Part shown: piece after piece, positions 17,001-25,372 of the stretch
Position numbering within the stretch: position 1 is the stretch's first letter
How the letters are laid out: each line of letters begins with the position of its first letter
Source: an uncultured Pseudomonadota bacterium
GTDB taxonomy: Bacteria; Myxococcota_A; UBA796; CAJQPC01
DNA length: 64,000 nt
Assembly: GCA_913060515.1 (NCBI GenBank)
Contig: CAJXRZ010000022.1
Coordinates: forward strand, 10,442 to 74,441
Direction: 5' to 3'
Made by a program: the position numbers and the translations under genes
Notes under the pieces: generated by a model
Told to the model about the DNA's origin: nothing
The model's database searches: none
The model's input: the letters and a program-made list of their open reading frames with translations, nothing else

Positions 17001-18008
17001 TCAGTCGTCGGTCTCGCGCATCGGACCGTCTGGCAGGTCTTCCCAGAGCACTTCGCCCGGTGCGTACACGGTCGCTTGGAACTGGCGGTGGACCACCTTC
17101 TCGTTCCGGTCCTCTGGGTCCTGGCCAGGTACCCATGCGGCCAGGGCCTCGTCGAGTGCCTGGTCAACCGGGGTGAGGGGCAGCCCCATGGACTCGCTCA
17201 TCGCGCCCATGTCCACTTCGTGGTCCTCGCCGTAGAGCAGGGCCTGGCGCTGGATCCAGTGCTTCCACCGTCGCCCGGCGACACGGGCCAAGTTGGCTGC
17301 GACCATGCTGCCGGCGCCGCTCCAGATGGGCCCTGAGCTGGCGCCCGCCTTGTCCAAGGCGCGCTGCACGAGATCTTCCATCTTCATTGTCTCGGGTCCA
17401 CCGATCTCCAGGGTGGCGTGCTTCGCGGAGGGGTGGTCCAGGCTGGCCACGGAGAAGAGGGCAGCGTCCCGGCGAGCCAGGGGGCTGATCTGCGCGTCCT
17501 TGCTACCCCAGAATCGCGGGCGCTCTCCGTCCGCGCAGTCTTTGGCCAGCTTCGCGAACTCTTCGACGAAGGGCGCACAGCGCAGGATGGTGTGGGAGAG
17601 CCCCGATGCGCGCAGGTGTTCTTCGGCCTGGCGTTGGCTGTCGAAGTGGGGGTTCTCGTAGCCGCGTCCTGCGCCGATGCAGCTGACCATCACGAAGTGC
17701 TGGACGCCGCGCAGCTTGGCAGCCTCGACCAGGTCAATGCTGCCCTGGAGGGTGGTCACGCTGTGGTGGTTCTCGCTGCTCTCCACCTCCACGCCGGCAG
17801 CGTGGATCACATGAGAGCAACCCTTCGAAGCGCGCCGCAGCGACTGAGGGTCGCGCAGATCTCCGAAGAAATAGGTGCAGCCGGTGTCGTTGAGCCAGAA
17901 GTACTCCGAGCCCGCCCGTACCAAGGCCCGAACGTCCATCTTCGCCGCGCGCAGCAGGCGGACTATCTGTCCGCCGAGTCGGCCGGTGGCCCCAGTCACC
18001 AAGATCAT
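17001..18008 (-). CDS. NAD(P)H-binding SDR/NmrA-like protein
   Basis: 335 aa with N-terminal Rossmann motif ILVTGATGRLGGQIV and an atypical-SDR layout. Confidence 0.7.
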   Translation of the reverse strand: MILVTGATGRLGGQIVRLLRAAKMDVRALVRAGSEYFWLNDTGCTYFFGDLRDPQSLRRASKGCSHVIHAAGVEVESSENHHSVTTLQGSIDLVEAAKLRGVQHFVMVSCIGAGRGYENPHFDSQRQAEEHLRASGLSHTILRCAPFVEEFAKLAKDCADGERPRFWGSKDAQISPLARRDAALFSVASLDHPSAKHATLEIGGPETMKMEDLVQRALDKAGASSGPIWSGAGSMVAANLARVAGRRWKHWIQRQALLYGEDHEVDMGAMSESMGLPLTPVDQALDEALAAWVPGQDPEDRNEKVVHRQFQATVYAPGEVLWEDLPDGPMRETDD

Positions 18009-18086
18009 GCAAGCCTCATATCAGTGGTGCAACATGTATCGTCTCCGGCCCGATGGACAAGGCCGCAAAGGCCAGGAGGTCACACT

Positions 18087-18437
18087 GTGGCTGGACAGGA
18101 CGAAAGCAAAGGCCCCGAGCAGGAGCCGTTGGCCCCACTACTAGGGGAAGCTGTCATGGAGCTCTTTGGCGGCTTGACCCGCCGTGGGCGCCGTTCAATG
18201 GGGGATCTGGCGAAGCGGGGTCGGGAGAAGCTGGAAGCGAACCAGGCCCGGAAAGATGTAGACCAGCTCTATCAGAAGTTGGGCCGCGAGACGCTGCGCT
18301 TGGTTCAGGCGGGCGAGGTCACCCATCCTGGCTTGATGGCCGGTGTGGATCGGATCACCCAGCATGAGCAGCGCCTTGAGGAGGCGGAAGCCCGCGTGCG
18401 AACGGACTCATCGCCTGCACCGGAGGGAGAAGAGTGA
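18087..18437 (+). CDS. Small helical protein, unknown function
   Basis: GTG 18087 is preceded by AGGAGG (6 nt); alternative start ATG 18156. It is the 3' part of a 339-aa track ORF whose 5' portion shadows the SDR gene. Confidence 0.4.
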   Translation: MAGQDESKGPEQEPLAPLLGEAVMELFGGLTRRGRRSMGDLAKRGREKLEANQARKDVDQLYQKLGRETLRLVQAGEVTHPGLMAGVDRITQHEQRLEEAEARVRTDSSPAPEGEE

Positions 18438-18458
18438 GCTTTTTTGGATGCGCCGCTC

Positions 18459-18487
18459 TTGCCCCGGCAAGACGCGACCATTAGATA
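18459..18487 (+). promoter_or_regulatory. Candidate sigma-70 promoter for tRNA-Ala (TTGCCC-17-TAGATA)
   Basis: -35 at 18459..18464, 17-nt spacer, -10 at 18482..18487, ~44 nt upstream of the tRNA 5' end. Confidence 0.3.
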
Positions 18488-18530
18488 GCGGAAGCTCGCC
18501 GGGACAGCCCGGTTGCGCTCTTGACCACGT

Positions 18531-18606
18531 GGGGCTGTAGCTCAGCTGGGAGAGCACCTGCATGGCATGCAGGGGGTCAGGGGTTCGAGTCCCCTCAGCT
18601 CCACCA
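18531..18606 (+). tRNA. tRNA-Ala (anticodon GGC), CCA encoded
   Basis: Hand-folded cloverleaf: GGGGCUG-UA-GCUC-AGCUGGGA-GAGC-A-CCUGC-AUGGCAU-GCAGG-GGGUC-AGGGG-UUCGAGU-CCCCU-CAGCUCC-A-CCA. The G3:U70 alanine identity pair is present. Near-identical in layout to E. coli tRNA-Ala(GGC). Confidence 0.95.
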
Positions 18607-18610
18607 TTGA

Positions 18611-18641
18611 AACACCCGTCGGTATCCCCGGCGGGTGTTTT
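18611..18641 (+). terminator. Rho-independent terminator after tRNA-Ala
   Basis: 12-bp stem AACACCCGTCGG / CCGGCGGGTGTT (one G:U), 5-nt loop, then a T-run. Confidence 0.7.
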
Positions 18642-18811
18642 CACTCTGGGCTGCCTTCCGCTTGGCCGCTCCTTTTGTCAGCGCGCCAGTAGCGCAGCCC
18701 TCTCATTTACCGATGGAGGGCCGAACGACACTTGCGTGTTAGAAGAATGGGCCCTGTTTGTTTGGGCAGCGTCACGCTGCCTGTGGCTCAAGCCCACCTC
18801 GGAGAGAATCA

Positions 18812-21800
18812 ATGACCGGACTCGGACTTCTGGCGCTCATGTCGGCCTCGTCAATGGCCCAAGATGGCGGCCAGATGGATGTCACCGCATACCCCAAGCT
18901 TGCCAAGAAGCCGGGGATGCAGATCAACATCTTGCCCTACGAGCTGACCACTGGCGTTTATCAGTTCCCAACTGGGTTTCGGGTGATGTTCCAGTCGGAC
19001 AACACCCTGCCTGTCGTGGCCTCGACGATGATCATCGATCATGGCTCTTCTGATGACCCACAGGGCATGGAGGGCATGGCTCACCTCTACGAGCATCTCT
19101 GGTTCCGTACCGAGCATGGCGACCTGCCCAAGACCTGGGACTTGCTGAACCACGAGCTGGGCTGCTCGATCAACGCCTACACCCAGTACGATCACACTGG
19201 GTACATGACGGTTTGCCCCGCGGACCACTTTGACAAGTTGGTTGCGCTGGAGGGCTTGCGCCTGACCGCTCCGATGCAGGGCGTCCCCGAGGACACCATC
19301 CCAACGGAGATCGAGGTCGTGCGAAATGAGATCCGCATGCGCTCGGAGAACGGGAACATTCCCTTCTTCACGCTGCTGACCTACATCAACAAGCACACCT
19401 ACCCGGAGGACCACCCCTACCATCGGCCCATCGCCGGGGACCATACCTCCATCCGAAATATAACCTACCCAGACGTGGTGGAGTGGGTTGAGGAGCACTA
19501 CGCAGCGGAGAAGTCCACCCTGATGTTCGTGGGTGACTTCGAGCAAGACCGGGCCATGGACTACATGATCCGCGCTGGGTACCTCGAGCTGATGCACGAG
19601 GATCTGACCCAAGAGCACATCTTCCGCTACCCCCGTCCCAACCTGGGTCGCGACCCGGTGGACGACGCAGCGGAAGACTGGTGGTTCGTGGCCATGGACC
19701 CGAGCAACCCCGACGAAGTTCTCATGCCTGATGCGGAGATTCCGGTTCGCGCCGCGGAGTTCGCGGACGTGGAAGTTCCGGACATCTCCAACCAGGAGTT
19801 TGGCGAGTACGTCGGCGCCGTGGAGTCTCCCCAGGTCATCGTTGCTTGGACCTTGCCCCCTTCCTACCAGGGCAACGACACCCTGATGAACATCACCAGC
19901 AACGTGCTGGGGAACATCATCGGGAACGCTACGGCCGCTGGCCCAGGCTTGGCTGACGTAGACCTGAACGTCTCGTCCTTTGATGGTTGTGGTGCCTTGG
20001 CGAACAAGCGCAGCACCGTCCTCATCTGCGCTGCGACGCTCAAGGACTCCTGTAAGGACCCTGAGAAGACCGCCGAGCGCATGCTGGACCGGGCCTACTA
20101 CCTCTATGACCCCACCTTCGCAGGTGCGGCCATGGATCAGCAGCTGACCCAGGTCCGTATGGACTTCTTGGCTGGCATCTTCCGCAACCTGGACCTCTTC
20201 GCAGTGGTCGGTGGTGGGCGAGCCACTGAGATCGCGGTGCATGCTCACTACACCGGCAACCCGATGTACCACTCCGCTCAGATGAACGAAGTGATGGGCC
20301 TGAACGCGAGCAACATCGCAGAGCTTGGCAAGACCTGGATCACCCGTGACCGGGCCACTTCCTTGGTGGTTCGTCCCTTGGACCGTGAAGGCTTGCTCGA
20401 AGTCTCGATGGACGGCGCAGAGCACTACGGAGACGGCACCGCCAAGGCGGTCAACTCTCTGGTGGATCCCGACGACATCACCGTGGACCTCATCCTCGCG
20501 GCCTACCGCAAGCCTGAGCTTGAGCACATGACTGAGACCACGCTGCCCAATGGCTTGCGTGTTGTCGCCGTCTCGCACTCCGAGGCTCCAATCGCACGGG
20601 CCAGCCTGATTGTGAAGGGTGGCAGCGCGACGGACCCAGACCGCAGCATCTGGATGGCCAGTCAGACAGACAACCTGTACCAGAACCCACGCGGCTTCAA
20701 CGCTGGTGGCGCTCTGCCGGATCCCTTGGCGATCGCCGGCGTCTGGAACACCAGCTACAACGCCTTCTACCAGTCTATCGACCTGACGGCCTCCGCCGGC
20801 AACTTGGACGGGATGTTGTGGATGATGCGGGACGCGATGGAGGAGCTCGGCTTCGACACCGACAACCGCGCTGACTGGGTCAAGTCGATGCGTGAGGATC
20901 ACCTCAGCGATCTGCACACCCAGGACTACTGGATCTCGCGCACCAACTACGACCACATCAACCCGGGTCACCCTTCGGTCAACCCCATGACTTCGGGCGA
21001 GATCAACGCTCTCAAGCAGATCAGCGGCGGTCAGATTGCAGACAAGCTGCATGGTATCTGGCAGCCCAAGAACGCCACGCTCCTCATCGTCGGCAACGTC
21101 GACCCCGAGGACACCATGGCCCTGGCCGCGCAGTACTTTGGTGGCTGGGAAGCCAAGAGAGAGATGGTCGAGCTGCCTGAGTACCAGAAGCCGAACCCTT
21201 CTAAGAAGGGTCGTGCCATCTATCTCTTCGATGACCCAGGCAAGACACAGACCACCGTGTCCCTTCGTTGCCAGATTCCCGACCCGACGGTGCGTCCGGA
21301 CCCACGCTACTCGACCCTGAGCGCGGTTCTCCGCGAGCAGTTGTTCTCTCGTTTGCGTGAGAACAGTGGTGTTGTGTACTCGCCAGCGGCCTTCGTGTCC
21401 GCCAGTGAGGAGGTGCCTCAGGCCATCATGTCGGCCAGTGTGCAGAACCCTGCAGTGGCCTACACCCTTGAGACCTACATCAAGACCTTGGAGGAGGTCG
21501 AGGCCGGCAGCTACGACCCCGACCACATCAAGCGCAGCCAGTACACCCAGGCTTGGGCCTCGGTGCTCCGCTACCAGTCCATCACCCAGCTCTCCGGCGT
21601 CTACCAGAACGTCATTGGACAGGGCTTTGACTGGGGTGTTTGGGACCGCAACGCTGAAGCGTTGGCTGGCTTTGACTCCAAGGGGCTGGCCGAGGCGCTC
21701 GGTGACTGCTCCGCCAACGCGGTTGTCACCATGGTTGGCCCACTCGAGGTCATCAAGCCCATCCTGGATGATGCTGGCTTGGAGTACAACGAGCTGGACT

Positions 21801-21964
21801 GGAAGGAGCTGGCAGACAACGCGCACCGCGCGGAGAACCCCAAGGACTTCAAGAAGTACGGCAAGAAGAAGGCCCGCAGCAAGAAGAAGGCTGACAAGAA
21901 GAAGGCCCGCATCGAGAAGCGTGGCGGCACTGAGGAGTGCTACGACGCAACCGTAGAAGGTTGA
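18812..21964 (+). CDS. M16 (pitrilysin/insulinase) family zinc peptidase, double-length, secreted
   Basis: Start at ATG 18812 (GGAGAG SD) gives signal MTGLGLLALMSASSMA|Q. Zinc motif HLYEH (HxxEH) and downstream NAYTQYDHTGY. The 1050-aa length fits two M16/M16_C pairs. Lys-rich tail KKYGKKKARSKKKADKKKARIEKRG. Confidence 0.85.
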   Translation: MTGLGLLALMSASSMAQDGGQMDVTAYPKLAKKPGMQINILPYELTTGVYQFPTGFRVMFQSDNTLPVVASTMIIDHGSSDDPQGMEGMAHLYEHLWFRTEHGDLPKTWDLLNHELGCSINAYTQYDHTGYMTVCPADHFDKLVALEGLRLTAPMQGVPEDTIPTEIEVVRNEIRMRSENGNIPFFTLLTYINKHTYPEDHPYHRPIAGDHTSIRNITYPDVVEWVEEHYAAEKSTLMFVGDFEQDRAMDYMIRAGYLELMHEDLTQEHIFRYPRPNLGRDPVDDAAEDWWFVAMDPSNPDEVLMPDAEIPVRAAEFADVEVPDISNQEFGEYVGAVESPQVIVAWTLPPSYQGNDTLMNITSNVLGNIIGNATAAGPGLADVDLNVSSFDGCGALANKRSTVLICAATLKDSCKDPEKTAERMLDRAYYLYDPTFAGAAMDQQLTQVRMDFLAGIFRNLDLFAVVGGGRATEIAVHAHYTGNPMYHSAQMNEVMGLNASNIAELGKTWITRDRATSLVVRPLDREGLLEVSMDGAEHYGDGTAKAVNSLVDPDDITVDLILAAYRKPELEHMTETTLPNGLRVVAVSHSEAPIARASLIVKGGSATDPDRSIWMASQTDNLYQNPRGFNAGGALPDPLAIAGVWNTSYNAFYQSIDLTASAGNLDGMLWMMRDAMEELGFDTDNRADWVKSMREDHLSDLHTQDYWISRTNYDHINPGHPSVNPMTSGEINALKQISGGQIADKLHGIWQPKNATLLIVGNVDPEDTMALAAQYFGGWEAKREMVELPEYQKPNPSKKGRAIYLFDDPGKTQTTVSLRCQIPDPTVRPDPRYSTLSAVLREQLFSRLRENSGVVYSPAAFVSASEEVPQAIMSASVQNPAVAYTLETYIKTLEEVEAGSYDPDHIKRSQYTQAWASVLRYQSITQLSGVYQNVIGQGFDWGVWDRNAEALAGFDSKGLAEALGDCSANAVVTMVGPLEVIKPILDDAGLEYNELDWKELADNAHRAENPKDFKKYGKKKARSKKKADKKKARIEKRGGTEECYDATVEG

Positions 21965-21972
21965 GTCTTAGC

Positions 21973-21998
21973 GGTGGGCTCCCGCAGGGGAGCTCACC
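21973..21998 (+). terminator. Stem-loop just after the M16 peptidase gene
   Basis: 11-bp stem GGTGGGCTCCC / GGGAGCTCACC (one G:U), loop GCAG, followed by pyrimidine-rich TCTCCTTCT. Confidence 0.4.
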
Positions 21999-22042
21999 TC
22001 TCCTTCTGTGAGCTGGGATTGCCCCCAACGGCAGAGACAAGA

Positions 22043-22074
22043 AGGGCCGCCTCATCACTGAGGCGGCCCTTTTT
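22043..22074. terminator. Bidirectional rho-independent terminator between convergent genes
   Basis: Perfect 12-bp stem AGGGCCGCCTCA / TGAGGCGGCCCT, loop TCAC, TTTT on the + side and A-rich on the other side. Confidence 0.75.
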
Positions 22075-22092
22075 GCGTCTGAGCCAGCCGGC

Positions 22093-23928
22093 TCAGTGAA
22101 TCGGAGCGTCTCCGCCCCCAGCCTTGTCAGCCAGGTGTGCGAAGAAGCGAGCCAAGTAGGTGGACAGCTCGTCCAAGTTCGACTTGTCGGAGCTCTTGAT
22201 GAGCGCCATTCTGCCGCGCTTGAGCGCCTGCTCAATCTCGAAGATATCCTTCTTGTGGAGGAAGCCGCGGTTGTCCCGCAAGAAGCCCTCCAGGGACGCC
22301 AGCTGCTTCTCTACCTGCTCGCGCAGCTGACGCAGCTCAGTGCTCTCATCTTCTACGGGTGAGGCCCCTGTGCTGGTGTCGTAGGCCGAAGCGGCCTCTT
22401 CCTTGGCGTCGTCCAGTTGCATCGGGGTCATGCCGGTAGGCGCCTCAATGGTGACCTGGTTGGAGACCCCGGAGCGTACATCTCGGGCGGAGACCTGAAC
22501 GATGCCGTTCGTGTCGATGCTGAACTTGACTTGAATGCGCGGCTCACCGCGAGGCGCCGGCTCAATGCCTTGGAGCTCAAACTCTCCGAGAGAGACATTC
22601 TCCAGTGCGCTCTGGCTCTCACCCTGCAGAACATGGATCTTCACCGTGGACTGGTTGTCCACGACGGTGGAGACCAGCTGGGTCTTCTGCGTAGGGATGG
22701 TGGTGTTCTTGGGGATCAGCCGGGCGCAGCGACGACCCTCGACCTCCAAGCCCAAGGAGAAGTTGGTCACGTCGAGCAGAGTGACCGCTTTGACGTCGCC
22801 TTCCAGGATTCCGGCTTGGATGGCCGCACCAACGGCGACGACCTCGTCCGGGTTGAAGGACTTGTTCAGAGGGCGCCCGAAGAGCGCCTGCACCATCTCC
22901 TGGACCCGAGGAATGCGGCTGCTGCCGCCCACCAAGATGACCTCGTCGATGTCCTGAGGACCGAGCCTGCAATCGTTGAGGGCCTGCTCGCACTCGGAGA
23001 GAGTGGAGTCGAAGAGCTCCTGCGCCAGTCCCTCAAAGACCCCTCTGGAGAGGGTGCACTGAAGGTGCTTTGGACCAGAGCTGTCAGCGACCAGGAAGGG
23101 CAAGTGGATGTCGGCCTGCATTGCAGAGGACAGCTCCAGCTTCGCGCGCTCGGCCGCATCCCGCAGACGTTGCAGGACGACCTTGTCCTCGCTCACATCG
23201 AGCTTGTGCTCTTTGTGGAAGCGGTCCAAGAGCCAATCAACCAGGCGTTGGTCGACATCTGCGCCGCCCAGGGCGTTGTTGCCACGGGTTGCTCGAACCT
23301 CGGCCAAATCCCGGTCGACCTCCAGGATCGAGATGTCGAAGGTGCCTCCGCCAAAGTCGTAGACGGCGATGGTCGAAGACTTTCTACGATTGTGTACGTA
23401 CGAGAGCGCAGCAGCCGTGGGCTCGTTCAAAATTCGGAGCACATCCAGACCCGCGATGGTTCCGGCGTCCTTCGTGGCTTGGCGTTGTCGGTCTGTGAAG
23501 TACGCAGGAACCGTGATTACAGCCTCTGTTACGCCTTCGCCCAGGAAGTCCTCTGCAGAACGCCGGAGCTTCTGCAGAATCATCGCCGCGACTTCTTGAG
23601 GCAGGTAGACCCGTCCGCCGATCTCTACGCCGCAGTCCCCGTTTCGGGTCTCGACGACCTTGTACTGGACCAGGTCCATCTCGTGATGGGCCTCGGAGTA
23701 GCGCCTACCCATGAAGCGCTTGATGCTGTGCACCGTCGCCTCGGGGTTGATGAGCAGTTGGCGCTTCGCGATGTCTCCAACGAAGCGCTCTCCATTTTTG
23801 GAGATGCCGACTACGGAAGGGGTGATGCGTCCACCTTCGGCGTTGATGATCACAACCGGGTCACGGCGGTCTACGTAGGCGCAGACCGAGTTCGTGGTTC
23901 CCAGGTCGATGCCGATGACTTTACCCAT
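22093..23928 (-). CDS. Hsp70/DnaK-family chaperone paralog (divergent)
   Basis: Start ATG 23928 (GAGGA SD) gives MGKVIGIDLGTTNSV. Other blocks: VITVPAYFTDRQRQATKDAG, VYDFGGGTFDISIL, ILVGGSSRIP. The substrate-binding domain diverges from canonical DnaK (LLDVTNFSLGLEVEGRR versus LLDVTPLSLGIETxGG). No dnaJ or grpE is adjacent. Confidence 0.85.
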   Translation of the reverse strand: MGKVIGIDLGTTNSVCAYVDRRDPVVIINAEGGRITPSVVGISKNGERFVGDIAKRQLLINPEATVHSIKRFMGRRYSEAHHEMDLVQYKVVETRNGDCGVEIGGRVYLPQEVAAMILQKLRRSAEDFLGEGVTEAVITVPAYFTDRQRQATKDAGTIAGLDVLRILNEPTAAALSYVHNRRKSSTIAVYDFGGGTFDISILEVDRDLAEVRATRGNNALGGADVDQRLVDWLLDRFHKEHKLDVSEDKVVLQRLRDAAERAKLELSSAMQADIHLPFLVADSSGPKHLQCTLSRGVFEGLAQELFDSTLSECEQALNDCRLGPQDIDEVILVGGSSRIPRVQEMVQALFGRPLNKSFNPDEVVAVGAAIQAGILEGDVKAVTLLDVTNFSLGLEVEGRRCARLIPKNTTIPTQKTQLVSTVVDNQSTVKIHVLQGESQSALENVSLGEFELQGIEPAPRGEPRIQVKFSIDTNGIVQVSARDVRSGVSNQVTIEAPTGMTPMQLDDAKEEAASAYDTSTGASPVEDESTELRQLREQVEKQLASLEGFLRDNRGFLHKKDIFEIEQALKRGRMALIKSSDKSNLDELSTYLARFFAHLADKAGGGDAPIH

Positions 23929-24013
23929 CGTCTGTCCTCGAGGTTCGATAGCCAGGATACCCCACTCCACTTCGGCAGGTGCCTGTTGGAGTCCATCAAA
24001 GGGGTCACGCAGG

Positions 24014-24098
24014 TGCCCGGGGCGGGGCTCGAACCCGCACGCCGAACTTCGGCTGGGGCTTTTAAGGCCCCTGTGTCTACCGATTCCACCACCCGGGC
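24014..24098 (-). tRNA. tRNA-Leu (anticodon UAA), long variable arm; CCA not fully encoded
   Basis: Reverse complement GCCCGGGUGGUGGAAUCGGUAGACACAGGGGCCUUAAAAGCCCCAGCCGAAGUUCGGCGUGCGGGUUCGAGCCCCGCCCCGGGCA. It closely parallels E. coli tRNA-Leu(UAA), and the anticodon loop is CUUAAAA. Confidence 0.9.
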
Positions 24099-24125
24099 GG
24101 GCTTGCGTGACAGAGGAGCGATAGC

Positions 24126-24962
24126 ATGTCTGCTATGTGGATGTTGTCGATCTGGTTGGCATGCGGGGCGCGACGCGCTCCAGAACGCACGCCCAAGGAC
24201 CTCGCGCTCGAGGCTTTGGACGCTGGCTATGCTCAGCGTACGGACCAGGAAGCGCTGGATGCGAACATCCAGGCCAGCTTGGATCTGCTGGCGACCGCGC
24301 CGACGGACCCCGACTTTTTGGCCCGTACCGCCCGGGCGTTTTCTGCGCGTGCCATCACTCGGAAGGCCCGCACAGACAAGATCACGGATCTGGAGACGGC
24401 CCGTTCATATGGGCTGCTCTGCCTGGCTGGAAACACGGGCTACAGCGTTCGCATCGAACAGGCGGGCGGTCAGGTCCTTCGGGCAGCCACAAAACAGCTT
24501 CAGAAGCGCGATGTGCCCTGCATGGAGCAGACACTCATTCCTTGGGTGCGTTGGCTAGAGCTTCGCGGACCTGCTGGACTGGTTGATGTAAACGCTATCG
24601 GTCACTTGGCGGAACGCCTGCTCGCCCTGCAGCCGGGCGGCTGGGTCGGGCCCTGGTCCAAGGCGATGGTGCTCTCGCTGCCACAGGCGGACGCCAGAGG
24701 GCCGCTGGAGAGCACCGAGCAGCTCTTTGGACAGGCCATTCAAGCCCAGCCCAAGCTGGCTGAGATCCACTTGGACTACATCAAGTTCCAGCTTCCCTAC
24801 GCGGGGGAGCAAGAGGTGAGTGATGCGCTGGACGCATTCTCTGGAACACACCCGCCCCGCGGCGACGGCCCCTGGGCCCTTGAGAATACGGTCGCTCGCT
24901 CCGAAGCCGAGGGCACGACGGTTGAGCCCCTCATGAAGCGGGTCTGGCCAGCGCCGCGCTAG
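24126..24962 (+). CDS. Lipoprotein, helical-repeat (TPR/TatT-like?), unknown function
   Basis: 278 aa with lipobox SIWLAC|G and GGAG 8 nt upstream. The mostly helical sequence gives only a weak functional call. Confidence 0.5.
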   Translation: MSAMWMLSIWLACGARRAPERTPKDLALEALDAGYAQRTDQEALDANIQASLDLLATAPTDPDFLARTARAFSARAITRKARTDKITDLETARSYGLLCLAGNTGYSVRIEQAGGQVLRAATKQLQKRDVPCMEQTLIPWVRWLELRGPAGLVDVNAIGHLAERLLALQPGGWVGPWSKAMVLSLPQADARGPLESTEQLFGQAIQAQPKLAEIHLDYIKFQLPYAGEQEVSDALDAFSGTHPPRGDGPWALENTVARSEAEGTTVEPLMKRVWPAPR

Positions 24963-24990
24963 GGACGCTCAGAGGCGGGGCACAGAACGC

Positions 24991-25022
24991 AAAAAGGCCC
25001 CCTCGGAGGAGGGGACCTTTTT
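24991..25022. terminator. Bidirectional rho-independent terminator (serves rpsU and the convergent lipoprotein gene)
   Basis: AAAAAGGCCCCCTC-GGAG-GAGGGGACCTTTTT: 14-nt arms with one mismatch, an A5 run on one side and T5 on the other. Confidence 0.7.
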
Positions 25023-25089
25023 GACTGCCAGTCTGAGAGAAGACTCTCAGCGAGGGCAGAAACTTGCTTGAAGTCTCAGCCAGGCTTTT

Positions 25090-25302
25090 TCAGCGGCGAC
25101 GAACACGCTTGACTGCGCGACGGGCAGCCTTACGACGACGCTTCTCAGCGAGGCGCTGCTTCAAGCGGCGTTGCTCGCCGGGCTTGAGGTAGACCTTGTT
25201 CTTCTTGATGTCCTTGCGGATACCCTCGCGCTCCACCTTGCGGCGGAAGCGGCGCAGGGCCTTTTCGAAGGGCTCGTTGTCGCGGACAGTGACCTGGACC
25301 AA
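25090..25302 (-). CDS. rpsU: 30S ribosomal protein S21
   Basis: TTG start at 25302 (GGAG 6 nt upstream) gives (M)VQVTVRDNEPFEKALRRFRRKVEREGIRKDIKKNKVYLKPGEQRRLK...; 70 aa. The track's 111-aa ORF over-extends the 5' end. Confidence 0.9.
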   Translation of the reverse strand: MVQVTVRDNEPFEKALRRFRRKVEREGIRKDIKKNKVYLKPGEQRRLKQRLAEKRRRKAARRAVKRVRRR

Positions 25303-25340
25303 GTTTGTCTCCAATCGGAGTAAAGGGTTTGAACCCCGCC

Positions 25341-25369
25341 CCTTTAGCGGACGGGTTGATGCCGTGCAA
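25341..25369 (-). promoter_or_regulatory. Candidate promoter for rpsU (TTGCAC-17-TAAAGG)
   Basis: Read on the minus strand, between the upstream gene's stop (25373) and the rpsU start. The -10 is weak. Confidence 0.2.
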
Positions 25370-25372
25370 GGC

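Noticed and set aside
18851-21826. A 991-aa ORF antisense to the M16 peptidase. Similar giants lie opposite other real genes: 4045..5721 (+), 54301..56337 (-), 15461..17167 (-), 22417..24558 (+), 29098..30633 (-), 50059..51441 (-), 47117..48328 (-) and others. They could in principle be overlapping or antisense genes.
   Set aside because: Where I checked (18851, 4045, 54301, 15461, 22417), the antisense ORF uses exactly the reverse complement of the sense codon triplets. Start coordinates are congruent mod 3, e.g. 18812 and 18851 both = 2, 4087 and 4045 both = 1, and 54250, 55594 and 54301 all = 1. With G/C-rich third positions in the sense gene, the antisense first positions are G/C-rich, so stop codons are suppressed. 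The products are Arg/His/Gly/Val/Asp-rich low-complexity strings with no motifs, while the sense products have clear family signatures.
21862-21910. Short tandem-like DNA repeats (CAAGAAGAAGGCCCGCA twice plus a partial copy), considered as a possible repeat element or CRISPR-like signal.
   Set aside because: They lie in frame within the M16 gene and simply encode KKKAR/KKKAD units. Only three copies exist, with no spacers of unique sequence. No CRISPR-like array exists anywhere in the window.
18531-24098. A segment bracketed by tRNA-Ala and tRNA-Leu carrying the M16 peptidase and the Hsp70 paralog, which could be a tRNA-targeted genomic islet.
   Set aside because: There is no integrase, recombinase or mobility gene. 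I could not see a direct repeat of either tRNA 3' end. Codon usage and GC look like the surroundings, and only the short 18640..18760 non-coding stretch is visibly less GC-rich.
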